A stretch of 64,000 bases of DNA, from assembly GCA_963674595.2 (NCBI GenBank), contig CAXXFV010000004.1, positions 256,001-320,000 on the forward strand, in the 5' to 3' direction. Below, in pieces: positions 50,949 through 60,948 of this stretch. A program made the translations under genes and the position numbers. The notes beneath the pieces are model-generated. The model was not told where the DNA came from. It did no database searches and saw nothing but the letters and a program-made list of their open reading frames with translations. This stretch comes from a bacterium. Its GTDB lineage: Bacteria > Zhuqueibacterota > Zhuqueibacteria > Residuimicrobiales > Krinioviventaceae. Numbering within the stretch: position 1 is the first letter of the stretch; every line of letters begins with the position of its first letter.

Positions 50949-53593
50949 AAAGAGTGACCGGCGGTAATATAATATCTTTCTCTATCATTACTGCATTTAC
51001 CATATGTGACGGATAGCGGACCAAATGGCGTTTCAAAGGAAAGCGAAATTCCTCTGGCGCTGATAAAATCTTCTGCTTTGATTTCCACAATATCGTTCCA
51101 AATGGATCCGAAATCATATCTTAATGATAAATATGTTTTAAAAAAGCCTCTTATGGGTTGATAATATCTATATTCCAGGCTTGTAAGCAGCATATGCCTG
51201 CCGTATAACTCACCTTCCCGAAGTCCCAAAAATGAATCTTTTCCCCCTTCCCGAAATTGTTCCGAAAAAGGTGTTGTTAAATCAGCAATTCCCCAGTTAA
51301 TCTTTGTTGATAAGGTATGTCTTTTGAATAAAGTATAATAGTTTGTCAGCTTGTTTTGAAATTTGAAAAAAGATATATCTGCACCAAGAAATGTTCCTGA
51401 AGAAATTTCATAAAAGAATTCATGATAACTGCCGAACCGGGTAAAAGGAATTTGGTCCCGGGTATCCACAATTGATCTAAATCCAATCGTGTTTACGGCA
51501 AGTTTTCCGGGATCATATCCAATACCGGAAATAGTGCGAATATCTATTTTTTCTAATCGTAAAAATGCGGAAACCGTACCAAATCTTTCAATTTGTCGTC
51601 CCAAGGTCATAATCGTGCCCGTCGAACGTCTTTCATATTCTCCGGTACCTTGAAAATTTTGATAAGCATAATGTTTATTTTGGTTGTGATGAACTTTAAT
51701 GCTTGATGTAAAATAGGATTTAAAAATTCTGTCTGCCCGCAGTTGTGTAAATAATCCCAAATCACGGCTGCCATACAGAGAATGGAATGTTAAGTCGTTA
51801 CCTGTACCAAAGATATTCTCGTCACCTATTTCTGCAAATATTTTTGTTCTTTGTTCACGATTATAGTTTGCACCAAGTCTGAAAATGAGGGAAGGTTTTT
51901 CCTGCAAGTTTATATTGATATGGTGCGAATTATTTATATTGTTTACATTAATCCAAACCGAATTAAATAAGCCTGAACCATAAATATTTTTTATGCCTTT
52001 ATTTGCCAGATCCCATTTAAATATGGTTCCGGTTTTTAGTAACAGATCGCGGGTTATGACAAAATCCTTGGTCTTTTTATTTCCAATCAGGGATATTTTT
52101 TCAATTTTTCCTTCAAATATTAATATTTTTACATTTTTTTCTTTTTCAAAAAATTGAACGTCTGCAATCTCTGCAAGTGAATAACCATTATTTCTGTAAT
52201 AATGGATCAGACTGTCAAGACTATCATTAAGGTTATAATAATTTAAATGTTTTGATTCCATATTGTTAAAATAATGTGTTATAAGGGAATCGGGAAAGAT
52301 AGAATAACCAGAGATATCAAATTTTTCAGGGATAAATGTGGGTTCAAGTATATAATTTAATTCAGAGTCATCATTTTCTAACCGGCTTATTTCTGCATAA
52401 AGATTATTATAGGTTCCGGTTTTAAACAAATCTCCAAGGGTTCTTTTAATGTCGTTTTCAGAAATATATAAATTACCGGTTGTATCTATAAATGTAAAAT
52501 GTTCAGGTTCAGCGATATTTTTTATATTTACTTTTTTAATATACCAGGATTCGCTTTTTTCTGAACTATTTTTTCGATTTATCATTTTTTTTATTATATC
52601 AATCTGTTCAAGTGTTTTCTTTTGACCCTCCTGATAAAATTTTTCCAGGCCATCATAATCTGATGATGTGCTCTTGAAATTTTTCAAAGAAATAACCACG
52701 TCTGCCAGGTTTCTTTGTTCTTCATTGTGCTTTATTTGCATTATTGAAGTGACCTGATCGGCAATTTCCCAGGGGGCCTGTATATTAGATTTTTCTCTCA
52801 AGGGAGATGTGGTATCAACAGCAATAACAATATCCACATCGCTGTTTTTGGTTTCCATTACAGGTATATTATCAAGTATCCCGCCATCTATATAAATTGT
52901 CGAATCAATTTCAATGGGAGTAAATAATAATGGAACAGCCGCTGAAGCACGGATAATTTCAGTCAGGTTTCCTTGTTCAAAAATCATCTTTTTACCGGAA
53001 AGTAAATCTGTTGCCACTATTTTTAGGGGCGGATGCAGTTGTGAAAAATCATTTGAATGATAAGGTGCATTTAAAATAAGTTCTGTCAGGATATCGTTTA
53101 ACTTTTGTCCGGGTGTCCAGGCTTCGGGTATGGCAATTTGAAAATTATCAATTCGAAAATGAATAAGCGACCGCCCCCGTTTTTGCTTTTCTCCCAATAA
53201 TAATGAAGACCTGGCCGGTGAATCGTTAAGAATTTGTTCAAGATTAATTTCATTTACAATTTTCCAAAGCTGGTCTGATGTATATCCGGACGAATAAAGC
53301 CCGCCGATTATTGCCCCTACACTGGTACCGATGATATAATCGATTGGGATGTTATTTTCTTCCAATACTTTGAGGACACCAATATGCGCAATGCCCCGAA
53401 CACCTCCACCGCTTAAAGCTAAGCCGATTTTAGGCTTTTTAATTTCCTGCATTGGAAAATAATGAGAGTGGTTGGAATTATCTAAATCTAGTTGTATTTT
53501 TTTTAAAATTTCTGTTTCTTGTGAAATACAAATTGATGAGAAAAAGAAAGAAATAAATAAAACCAAATATAATTTTAGTCTGAAAAAAAACAT
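50945..53593 (-). CDS. Patatin phospholipase-POTRA-Omp85 barrel protein (PlpD/type Vd-like)
   Basis: SGGGVRGIAHIG, GTSVG and DGG motifs; POTRA (GNKKTKDFVI.R); C-terminal TPFGP...AGHSF. Likely ATG at 53593. Confidence 0.85.
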   Translation of the reverse strand: MFFFRLKLYLVLFISFFFSSICISQETEILKKIQLDLDNSNHSHYFPMQEIKKPKIGLALSGGGVRGIAHIGVLKVLEENNIPIDYIIGTSVGAIIGGLYSSGYTSDQLWKIVNEINLEQILNDSPARSSLLLGEKQKRGRSLIHFRIDNFQIAIPEAWTPGQKLNDILTELILNAPYHSNDFSQLHPPLKIVATDLLSGKKMIFEQGNLTEIIRASAAVPLLFTPIEIDSTIYIDGGILDNIPVMETKNSDVDIVIAVDTTSPLREKSNIQAPWEIADQVTSIMQIKHNEEQRNLADVVISLKNFKSTSSDYDGLEKFYQEGQKKTLEQIDIIKKMINRKNSSEKSESWYIKKVNIKNIAEPEHFTFIDTTGNLYISENDIKRTLGDLFKTGTYNNLYAEISRLENDDSELNYILEPTFIPEKFDISGYSIFPDSLITHYFNNMESKHLNYYNLNDSLDSLIHYYRNNGYSLAEIADVQFFEKEKNVKILIFEGKIEKISLIGNKKTKDFVITRDLLLKTGTIFKWDLANKGIKNIYGSGLFNSVWINVNNINNSHHININLQEKPSLIFRLGANYNREQRTKIFAEIGDENIFGTGNDLTFHSLYGSRDLGLFTQLRADRIFKSYFTSSIKVHHNQNKHYAYQNFQGTGEYERRSTGTIMTLGRQIERFGTVSAFLRLEKIDIRTISGIGYDPGKLAVNTIGFRSIVDTRDQIPFTRFGSYHEFFYEISSGTFLGADISFFKFQNKLTNYYTLFKRHTLSTKINWGIADLTTPFSEQFREGGKDSFLGLREGELYGRHMLLTSLEYRYYQPIRGFFKTYLSLRYDFGSIWNDIVEIKAEDFISARGISLSFETPFGPLSVTYGKCSNDRERYYITAGHSF

Positions 53594-53602
53594 AATTTTA
53601 TA

Positions 53603-54133
53603 ATGAGAAATATTACAATACAACTTAATTATTCCGCTTTTTTTACTGTTTTAACAGCTGTGGGAGCTTTTATTAAAATACCATTTATACCGGTTCCGTT
53701 TACATTACAAACGTTTTTTACAATAATGGCCGGTTTTTTTCTTATTCCTCGATATGCTGTTCTTTGTCAACTTTGCTACTTGCTGATAGGTTTGATTGGG
53801 TTACCGGTTTTTTCTCATGGAGGAGGAATAGGTTATATTACACAGCCGACTTTTGGTTATTTGCTGGGATTGCCTTTAGCTGCAATGATAATTGCCAAAT
53901 TTAAAAGAAAAGATTTATTATATAATATATTTCTTTCCTTTTTAGGGGCTATAACGATTCTTGTTATCGGCAGTTTGTGGCTTGTATTAGCAATAAAGTT
54001 CTTTTACCATTCCAACCTTCCAATGATGAAAACTTTTTATTCAGGCTTTGTTGTCTTTTTACCGGCAGAATTTATTAAAGCTTTTACAGCATCATATATT
54101 TATTTCAAAATGAAAAAAAGATTGAATATATAA
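53603..54133 (+). CDS. bioY: Biotin transporter BioY
   Basis: PVPFTLQT, YLLIG.IGLPVF and PTFGYL.G motifs. Confidence 0.93.
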   Translation: MRNITIQLNYSAFFTVLTAVGAFIKIPFIPVPFTLQTFFTIMAGFFLIPRYAVLCQLCYLLIGLIGLPVFSHGGGIGYITQPTFGYLLGLPLAAMIIAKFKRKDLLYNIFLSFLGAITILVIGSLWLVLAIKFFYHSNLPMMKTFYSGFVVFLPAEFIKAFTASYIYFKMKKRLNI

Positions 54134-55108
54134 TTAAATTCGGGGTGCATTTTCTACAATATCTTGCATTATTTTTATATTGCCCACACTGTCATCAATC
54201 GACAAATATGGATTTCGGTTTTCGATTATAGCATTCGTAAAATCAATAACTTCCAAAGCATGACCGGTTTTTTCGGCATGAACTGAAATGATCTCCTGTT
54301 TGTGGTCGTTGGAAATATATGTTATATCCATATTACCGGTGCGGACCTGAAAAGGTTCCATAAATGTTAAACGTCCATTGTCACCAATTATTGAAGCAAA
54401 TGAACCGGTAGAGGTAAATGAACAATAAAACTGTGCTGTTTGCTGCGGCCCAAAGATTAATGTGGCTGTTGTTTCGATATCAACCTGGTTATGGTTGTCT
54501 TTAACAAATGCTTTCCATTCAACCGGTTCCTTTTGATATAAAGACCGGCAATAATTCAGACAATAACAGCCAATATCTCCCATGGCGCCGGGTCCCAAGC
54601 CGGGGATTAATCTTATATCATTCGGGTTTTTTTGCGGCGCGCATCGTGAAACCTGGATGTTCTTTATGGACCCAATCATATCTGATGTACATATTTCAAA
54701 AACCTTTTGAAAGTAAGGATGATAACGATACATAAATCCTTCCATTACAAAAAGGTTATATTTTTCTGATAATTCTTTTATTTCCAGTAAATCATCCAAA
54801 GTTGTTGTAATTGCTTTTTCACAAAGTACGTGCTTTCCTTGTTCAAGGCATTTTTTAATCCATTCATGGTGCATTCCATTTGGAAGTGAGATGTAAACGG
54901 CATCTACATTTGGATCATCAACAAGCTGCTGATAATTTCCATAATATTTTTCAAAGCCATTTTGCGCTGCATAGGTTTTTGCCTTGTCCTCATCTCTGCT
55001 TGCAACAGCATAAAGATTACTTTTTGCATAGTCTTTTATTGGTCCGACAAGTTGTCTGTTAATTCGGGCCGTTGACAGCATCCCCCAATTTATACTTTGT
55101 TTCGACAT
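54134..55108 (-). CDS. Gfo/Idh/MocA oxidoreductase
   Basis: WG.LSTARI, DAVYISLPN..H, GKHVLCEK, MEGFMYRYHP and DIGCY motifs. Confidence 0.9.
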   Translation of the reverse strand: MSKQSINWGMLSTARINRQLVGPIKDYAKSNLYAVASRDEDKAKTYAAQNGFEKYYGNYQQLVDDPNVDAVYISLPNGMHHEWIKKCLEQGKHVLCEKAITTTLDDLLEIKELSEKYNLFVMEGFMYRYHPYFQKVFEICTSDMIGSIKNIQVSRCAPQKNPNDIRLIPGLGPGAMGDIGCYCLNYCRSLYQKEPVEWKAFVKDNHNQVDIETTATLIFGPQQTAQFYCSFTSTGSFASIIGDNGRLTFMEPFQVRTGNMDITYISNDHKQEIISVHAEKTGHALEVIDFTNAIIENRNPYLSIDDSVGNIKIMQDIVENAPRI

Positions 55109-55158
55109 TAAATTTTTTCCTTTTTTGGAAAATTTCTGAACTAAAAATGCAAGTGCGT

Positions 55159-56337
55159 TTAATCATCGCGAAGTACGGATCGAATACCCCGAACCGCCTG
55201 GCGTATCCGGTGTTCATTTTCAACCAATGCAAAGCGAACATATCCTTCTCCATGAGCACCAAAGCCAATTCCCGGAGAAACAGCCACCTGGGCTTTGTCG
55301 ATCAGCATTTTAGAAAAATCGACACTATTCATATTTTGAAATTTTTCAGGGATTTTCGCCCAAACAAACATGGTGCTGTTTGGTGAGGTAATATCCCAGC
55401 CTGCTCTTTGCAGACCGCTTATTAAACAATCACGACGGGATTGATAAATTTCAACGATTTTGGGCATTTCATCCTGACATTGACGTAATGCTGTTACCGA
55501 TGCGATTTGTATTGGTTGAAAAATACCGTAATCAAGATAGCTTTTAATTCTTGTCAAAGCATGGACTATTTTTTTATTTCCCAAACAAAAACCAACACGC
55601 CAGCCGGCCATGCTGAAACTTTTGGACATGGAATAAAACTCAACACCAACGTCTTTAGCTCCCGGGACCTGAAGAAAACTGGATGGCGTATATCCGTCAA
55701 AAGATAGGTCGGCATAGGCAAAATCGTGAATAATGATAACATTGTTCTTTTTAGCAAAAGATACTATTTCTTTAAAAAAGTCAATGTCTGCATTTATTGT
55801 TGTAGGATTATGGGGAAAAGAAATAATTAAAATACGTGGTTTTGGCCAGACCTGAAAATAGGTGTCTGACAGGTCTTTTAAAAATTGTTCAGAACTGAAA
55901 AGAGGAACGGAATGCAAATCTCCTCGTGCAATAATTACACTGTATGAATGAATAGGGTAGGTGGGATTCGGCACCAGAACTTTATCACCAGGCGTTATAA
56001 TGGCTAAAGCCAGGTGCGCTAATCCTTCCTTTGCACCGATGGTTACAATAGCTTCGGAATCAGGATCTATGTTTACATTATATTTTTTTTCATAATGTTC
56101 GGAAATAGCATTGCGAAGACCTGTAATTCCCCTGGATGCAGAATAGCGATGATTTCGTGGATTTTCTGCTGCCTCAATCAATTTATCTACAATTGGTTCC
56201 GGTGTTGGAATGTCCGGATTTCCCATGCCAAGGTCGATAATATCCTGACCCTGACGGCGGGCATTCATTTTTGCATCGTTCACTTCTGCAAAGATGTAGG
56301 GGGGTAGTCTGTCGATTGTATAAAAAGAATTATTCAT
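55159..56337 (-). CDS. alaC: Alanine transaminase AlaC-like class I aminotransferase
   Basis: [30 protein letters not shown] and ENEHRIRQA motifs. Confidence 0.85.
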   Translation of the reverse strand: MNNSFYTIDRLPPYIFAEVNDAKMNARRQGQDIIDLGMGNPDIPTPEPIVDKLIEAAENPRNHRYSASRGITGLRNAISEHYEKKYNVNIDPDSEAIVTIGAKEGLAHLALAIITPGDKVLVPNPTYPIHSYSVIIARGDLHSVPLFSSEQFLKDLSDTYFQVWPKPRILIISFPHNPTTINADIDFFKEIVSFAKKNNVIIIHDFAYADLSFDGYTPSSFLQVPGAKDVGVEFYSMSKSFSMAGWRVGFCLGNKKIVHALTRIKSYLDYGIFQPIQIASVTALRQCQDEMPKIVEIYQSRRDCLISGLQRAGWDITSPNSTMFVWAKIPEKFQNMNSVDFSKMLIDKAQVAVSPGIGFGAHGEGYVRFALVENEHRIRQAVRGIRSVLRDD

Positions 56338-56528
56338 TACTTGTTGGTCCTGTTTATTGAAAATCGTTCATATTTATAGAAATGAATTTATTGGTTTTAT
56401 GTTTTGAATGCAATGAATTTTTCAGGGTAAATTGATGGGAGAGTTCCTTAATGCAGGGTATATAAACAAGAATTTATCTTGAATTATAATTTGTAAATAA
56501 AGTTTTTATGAAAAAATTGTTTAAACTA

Positions 56529-57314
56529 TCAGGCGAGTCCTGAGAGAACATGCCCGACAATATAAGCAGCAACAGCCGCCAGTCCGCCGATCAACAACAT
56601 TTCCATTCCGGACAGAAACCAGTTTTTACCGGTAATTTTGACTTTTAGCGCGCCCAAAATAAACAATGTTATACCTGTTAAAGTGGCGGCCGGAATAAAA
56701 GCATTAAAATGCATGGATGAAAACAAAAATGAAACAACATGTGTTACAAGCGGGATGAATCCGAAAATGGCAAAGGAAATAAAGGTGGCGATGGCGTTTT
56801 TTAAAGGTGATTCATCAGATTCTATGATTCCCAGTTCTTCAACCATCATTATGTCTACCCACACCTTTTTATTTTTGGAAATGATATCGACCATTGTTTT
56901 TGCATCATCTTCCGTAATACCTTTGCTTACATAAAGTTCCAAAAGTTCTTTTTTTTCACCATCCGGATAATGATCAACCTCCCACTGTTCGCGTTCTCTT
57001 TCAGCTTTATTATATTCGTTTTCTGATTTTGTACTCAAATAGTCTCCGGTGGCCATGGAAAGACCATCAGCAATCAAATTAGCAAAACCGAGAATTAATA
57101 CGACACCCGCTGACAAAGACGCACCTGCTACACCTGCTACGACCGCAAAAGTTGTAACTATTCCATCCAGTCCGCCATAAATAATACTTTTAATATATTT
57201 TCCATGCTCCTGTTGATGTAATTCCGGGGCATTAACATCGTGGGCGGATTTCATTTTCTGAATATCTTTTTCTTTAAAAGCCGAACGGGCTTTATTTACA
57301 TCTCTTGAAAGCAT
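56529..57314 (-). CDS. VIT1/CCC1 family Fe/Mn transporter
   Basis: YGGLDGIVTTFAVVAG, ANL.ADG.SMA.G.YLS and MM.EELG motifs. Confidence 0.9.
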   Translation of the reverse strand: MLSRDVNKARSAFKEKDIQKMKSAHDVNAPELHQQEHGKYIKSIIYGGLDGIVTTFAVVAGVAGASLSAGVVLILGFANLIADGLSMATGDYLSTKSENEYNKAEREREQWEVDHYPDGEKKELLELYVSKGITEDDAKTMVDIISKNKKVWVDIMMVEELGIIESDESPLKNAIATFISFAIFGFIPLVTHVVSFLFSSMHFNAFIPAATLTGITLFILGALKVKITGKNWFLSGMEMLLIGGLAAVAAYIVGHVLSGLA

Positions 57315-57363
57315 TATATACCTTCTTAAAGATTAAATTCATTTTTTGGATGGTCTATTACGC

Positions 57364-57393
57364 AAAAAGCCCTATCAATATGACAGGGCTTTT
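57364..57393 (-). terminator. Intrinsic terminator after tRNA-Phe
   Basis: Minus strand AAAAGCCCTGTCA-TAT-TGATAGGGCTTTTT. Confidence 0.75.
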
Positions 57394-57400
57394 ATGTATG

Positions 57401-57473
57401 TGGCGCCTCCCAGAATCGAACTGGGGACACAGGGATTTTCAGTCCCTTGCTCTACCGACTGAGCTAAAGCGCC
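57401..57473 (-). tRNA. tRNA-Phe (GAA), CCA not encoded
   Basis: GGCGCTTTAGCTCAGTCGGTAGAGCAAGGGACTGAAAATCCCTGTGTCCCCAGTTCGATTCTGGGAGGCGCCA folds into a cloverleaf with anticodon GAA. Confidence 0.96.
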
Positions 57474-57513
57474 GCGATCAAAGATACATAATTTACAAAA
57501 ATTTAAAAAAAAG

Positions 57514-58536
57514 TCAAGATTTTTCTTTTTCCAGGGCTTCTTCCATGTTATTTTTTTTAATTATTACGTTCCAGTCTACAAATTTTGAGAAAATTTTTGG
57601 TACAAGAATTTTATCAGTAATTTGATAAGCCACTGTCAAATAGCCCAATCCTATCAGTAAATCAATAATATAATGCTGGTTTAAATAAACAGCCGAAAAC
57701 CAAACACCAAGCGGATAAATAAGTAAAAGTGCCGGCCATTTTTTAAATTTTTTATAGGTAAAAAATGCAACTGCGGCCGGATACGAACCATGAAGTGATG
57801 GAATAGCCGCAAAATGATTTGGATTAAAGCCGCCCCATAGTGTTTGAAAAAAGTTCATACCAATCATTTTGTCAACGTTTAATAACGATCCGGCGCCCAG
57901 GCCCCAAAATGCTGTTTGAGGCGGTTGTGCAAACCCATAACTAAAAACATACCAGGGTGGCGCTGCCGGGTACAGGATAAATGTAGCCAGTGCCGAAAAA
58001 TTTAACAATGTCATTGTCCAAACAAATGTGTAAAACATTTTTCGGTCGGAGGCCGTATGCCATAATGCCCAGCCTAAAATAATCGGCAAACCGAAATGTA
58101 GTGTATAAAACAGTCCACCGGTTGCATCTAAAATGTTTTTCAATAAAGACCCGTTAATCAACTGCTGAAATTCCTGGAAATAAAATGCAGGAATCATACC
58201 CTTAAATAGCGGTCCGAAAATAGCCAGCTCTACTTTATAGGGAAGAGATATATTAATCATACCCCTTAAGTTGTCTGCAATGCCCCGCATCATATCATAA
58301 CATATCCAGAAAACAATCCAGGGGGCCCAGTCTGCTGCAAAATATTTTACACGTCCCTTACCTAAGGCAACGGCAAACAGCAGTAACGCAACAAAAACAT
58401 GATCCGGACGTACCCTGACCAACTGGTTTATAAGAATGAGATATACAACCAGCCCGATGAGGATATATCCCCTCCAATGATGTGATCTGATATGGGTTAG
58501 TATCGAATTCCAAATACTCATTTTATTCTTCATCAT
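57514..58536 (-). CDS. PAP2-superfamily membrane protein, Aur1/inositol-phosphorylceramide-synthase-like
   Basis: Multi-TM; Y.LHF, PAAPPWY, FAAIPSLH and Y..QHYIIDL motifs. Confidence 0.8.
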   Translation of the reverse strand: MMKNKMSIWNSILTHIRSHHWRGYILIGLVVYLILINQLVRVRPDHVFVALLLFAVALGKGRVKYFAADWAPWIVFWICYDMMRGIADNLRGMINISLPYKVELAIFGPLFKGMIPAFYFQEFQQLINGSLLKNILDATGGLFYTLHFGLPIILGWALWHTASDRKMFYTFVWTMTLLNFSALATFILYPAAPPWYVFSYGFAQPPQTAFWGLGAGSLLNVDKMIGMNFFQTLWGGFNPNHFAAIPSLHGSYPAAVAFFTYKKFKKWPALLLIYPLGVWFSAVYLNQHYIIDLLIGLGYLTVAYQITDKILVPKIFSKFVDWNVIIKKNNMEEALEKEKS

Positions 58537-58667
58537 GTATCCTGTTTGAAAATGATCAATTAACATATAATATAACTAATTAATATACAAATGTAAATCG
58601 GAGAATTTTTTAAATTGCTATTCTTGACGGATGTTTATATCTTAAAAAAATTTTAATGGAGGTTGCT

Positions 58668-60908
58668 ATGAAGTTTCAATTAAAATTCCTGTTTATTACC
58701 TTACTATTTTGTTTTATTACAATTATTGCCTGTACACAACCCGATGTAACCATTGATTCTTCATGTCAAATAGCAGTTGATAGCGGCTTATTTTCTTCAC
58801 CGGAGCAAGCGGCTTTTGCAGAACAACAAATTGACTGGAGCGGCCAGGATACGGCAGCGATGAGGGCCTGCACGGAATGTTTTGCGGCTGTTGAATTGAA
58901 AAATTATCTGTCTGCCATCACGGAAAGCAATGATGATAAAAATGCTTTCAAGATCGTTTCGCTTGATCAGGCTGCTGCCGGGAATTCCATAGTGCTGACC
59001 AGCTTAAGTGCCGAACAGACAACGCCCATTATCTCCAAAATTATTAAAAAATACAAGCTTGAAAATAAACTTGAAAAAAATGAAAGCTTTGCCATTATTA
59101 CAAAAAGTGATAAAATTTTTATCATCGGCAAAGACCGTACGGGTACGCTTTATGGCGTTTATCATTTTTTAGAAAAATTAGGCGTTCGCTGGTTTGAACC
59201 CGGGAAAATGGGTGAAGAAATTCCAAAATCCGACGTTATAACGGTTCAGGCAATCAACGAAATCCAGTCTCCACATTTTATTTCACGCGGATTTTGGGCC
59301 TGGGAAGACAGGGGTAACACGGATTTTTATTTGTGGATGGCACGAAATAAATTAAATTATTGGACAATCGCCGAACCCAACCGGGCATTTTTAAGAAAAA
59401 TCGGCATTCAGTTGACCTTTGGGGGGCATAAACATTTTGAACGTTTTTTAAATCCTGATGAAGAATACCCCTATAATCATCCGCTTTTTAAGGGTGATGA
59501 AAAAAAGGCAGATGATCCTTACAGCGTCAGCAAAGCCGAATATAAAGGGGATGTGAACAGGGACGGCAAACTTTCCTATTTTGAGGCCCACCCGGAATGG
59601 TATGGTTTAATTGACGGAAAACGAACGCCTTTTGAAGGAGAGTTTGGAACCAATATTTGTACCTCGAATAATGACGCCATACAGGAATTGTGCTATAAAC
59701 TTGTCGACGAACTGGCTGTTGGTGAATGGAGAGACGCCGGCTCGTTAAATTTTTGGCCCATTGACGGAGGCGAATGGTGTGAATGCGAAAAATGTAAACC
59801 GTTGGGAACTCCGACAGATCGGTTATTGGTACTCGTTAATCAGGTCCATCAGGCTATAGAAAAAGCACAGGAACGAAATTATATTAAAAGAGATGTAAAA
59901 ATTGTCTTTCCGATATATCATGAGACCTTATCTCCTCCGACCCGTCCGCTGCCTCAGGATTTTGATTATGACGATTGTATTGGAACCTATTTTCCGATAG
60001 AACGTTGTTATGTACATGTTTTGGATGACAGTAACTGCACGGAATATAATGCACCATTATGGGAGGATTTTATAGGGTGGATTAAAACAGAACCTGTTTA
60101 TTACAAAGGCCAGTTTTTTATTGGTGAATACTATAACGTCTCCAGAATTAAATCGTTACCGGTTTTATACACACGCATCATGCCTCATGATCTTTTGACA
60201 TATTATAATTATGGAGCCCGGCATTGCCATTATATGCATGTATATACCAAATTATGGGGAATGAAGCGTATAAACAATTATTTGTTTGCAAAATTGTTAT
60301 GGGATGTTAATACTGATACGGACCACTTGCTCAACGATTACTTTAACCGGTTTTATGGAAATAGCGCTTTAGACATGAAAGAGTTATATGATAAAATGGA
60401 ATATGCCATGTCCAGCATTAAACAATGGCGCCATTATTATCATTTGGCTGATCAAATAGATAAAGATTTGACACCCTTATTTCATCTTGAGCATCTAAAA
60501 CTTAAAGAATACCATCCGGAAAAAAATGACGGAGTGGATTTGGAAGAGAGTGTGCTAAGTTTGAAAGAATGCCGTAAAATTATGGACACAGTTATAAAAA
60601 GCAATAACACTGCAAATCTTGTTACCAGATTATCAGAAGACGACCAAAACCTGCGATATGCTGAAAATACAGTTAATTTTTATTACTATGTTGCGCAAGC
60701 GATAGAAGCTGAGCGTGCAGAAAATTTAACAGAGGCACGGGACTTTTTTACAAAAAGTATTCCCTTTGCCAGGGCATTACAAGCGGAAACTGAAATAGTA
60801 CAAACCTCCTCTTCGCATGCCAATGCAAAAAATGGATTAGAAGCAACACGAATAGAGAATAAATACCGTGAAATGGGTAAACGTCTTGCACCCGGTTTCA
60901 GGTTATAA
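58668..60908 (+). CDS. DUF4838-like lipoprotein (putative glycoside hydrolase fold)
   Basis: Lipobox IIAC; GTLYGVYHFLE.LGVRWF.PG, HPEWY.L, CTSN, D...WCEC.KC, LLWD and YF.RFYG motifs. Confidence 0.75.
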   Translation: MKFQLKFLFITLLFCFITIIACTQPDVTIDSSCQIAVDSGLFSSPEQAAFAEQQIDWSGQDTAAMRACTECFAAVELKNYLSAITESNDDKNAFKIVSLDQAAAGNSIVLTSLSAEQTTPIISKIIKKYKLENKLEKNESFAIITKSDKIFIIGKDRTGTLYGVYHFLEKLGVRWFEPGKMGEEIPKSDVITVQAINEIQSPHFISRGFWAWEDRGNTDFYLWMARNKLNYWTIAEPNRAFLRKIGIQLTFGGHKHFERFLNPDEEYPYNHPLFKGDEKKADDPYSVSKAEYKGDVNRDGKLSYFEAHPEWYGLIDGKRTPFEGEFGTNICTSNNDAIQELCYKLVDELAVGEWRDAGSLNFWPIDGGEWCECEKCKPLGTPTDRLLVLVNQVHQAIEKAQERNYIKRDVKIVFPIYHETLSPPTRPLPQDFDYDDCIGTYFPIERCYVHVLDDSNCTEYNAPLWEDFIGWIKTEPVYYKGQFFIGEYYNVSRIKSLPVLYTRIMPHDLLTYYNYGARHCHYMHVYTKLWGMKRINNYLFAKLLWDVNTDTDHLLNDYFNRFYGNSALDMKELYDKMEYAMSSIKQWRHYYHLADQIDKDLTPLFHLEHLKLKEYHPEKNDGVDLEESVLSLKECRKIMDTVIKSNNTANLVTRLSEDDQNLRYAENTVNFYYYVAQAIEAERAENLTEARDFFTKSIPFARALQAETEIVQTSSSHANAKNGLEATRIENKYREMGKRLAPGFRL

Positions 60909-60948
60909 AATATACAAATACAAATTTTTGAAAAGTTAGGAGATTCGA

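Noticed and set aside
56423-56460. Direct repeat CAGGGTA 31 bp apart upstream of alaC; possible riboswitch
   Set aside because: Too short to be significant, and no recognisable aptamer consensus.
57305-57625. 106-aa plus-strand ORF
   Set aside because: It is antisense to tRNA-Phe and its terminator, so it is spurious.
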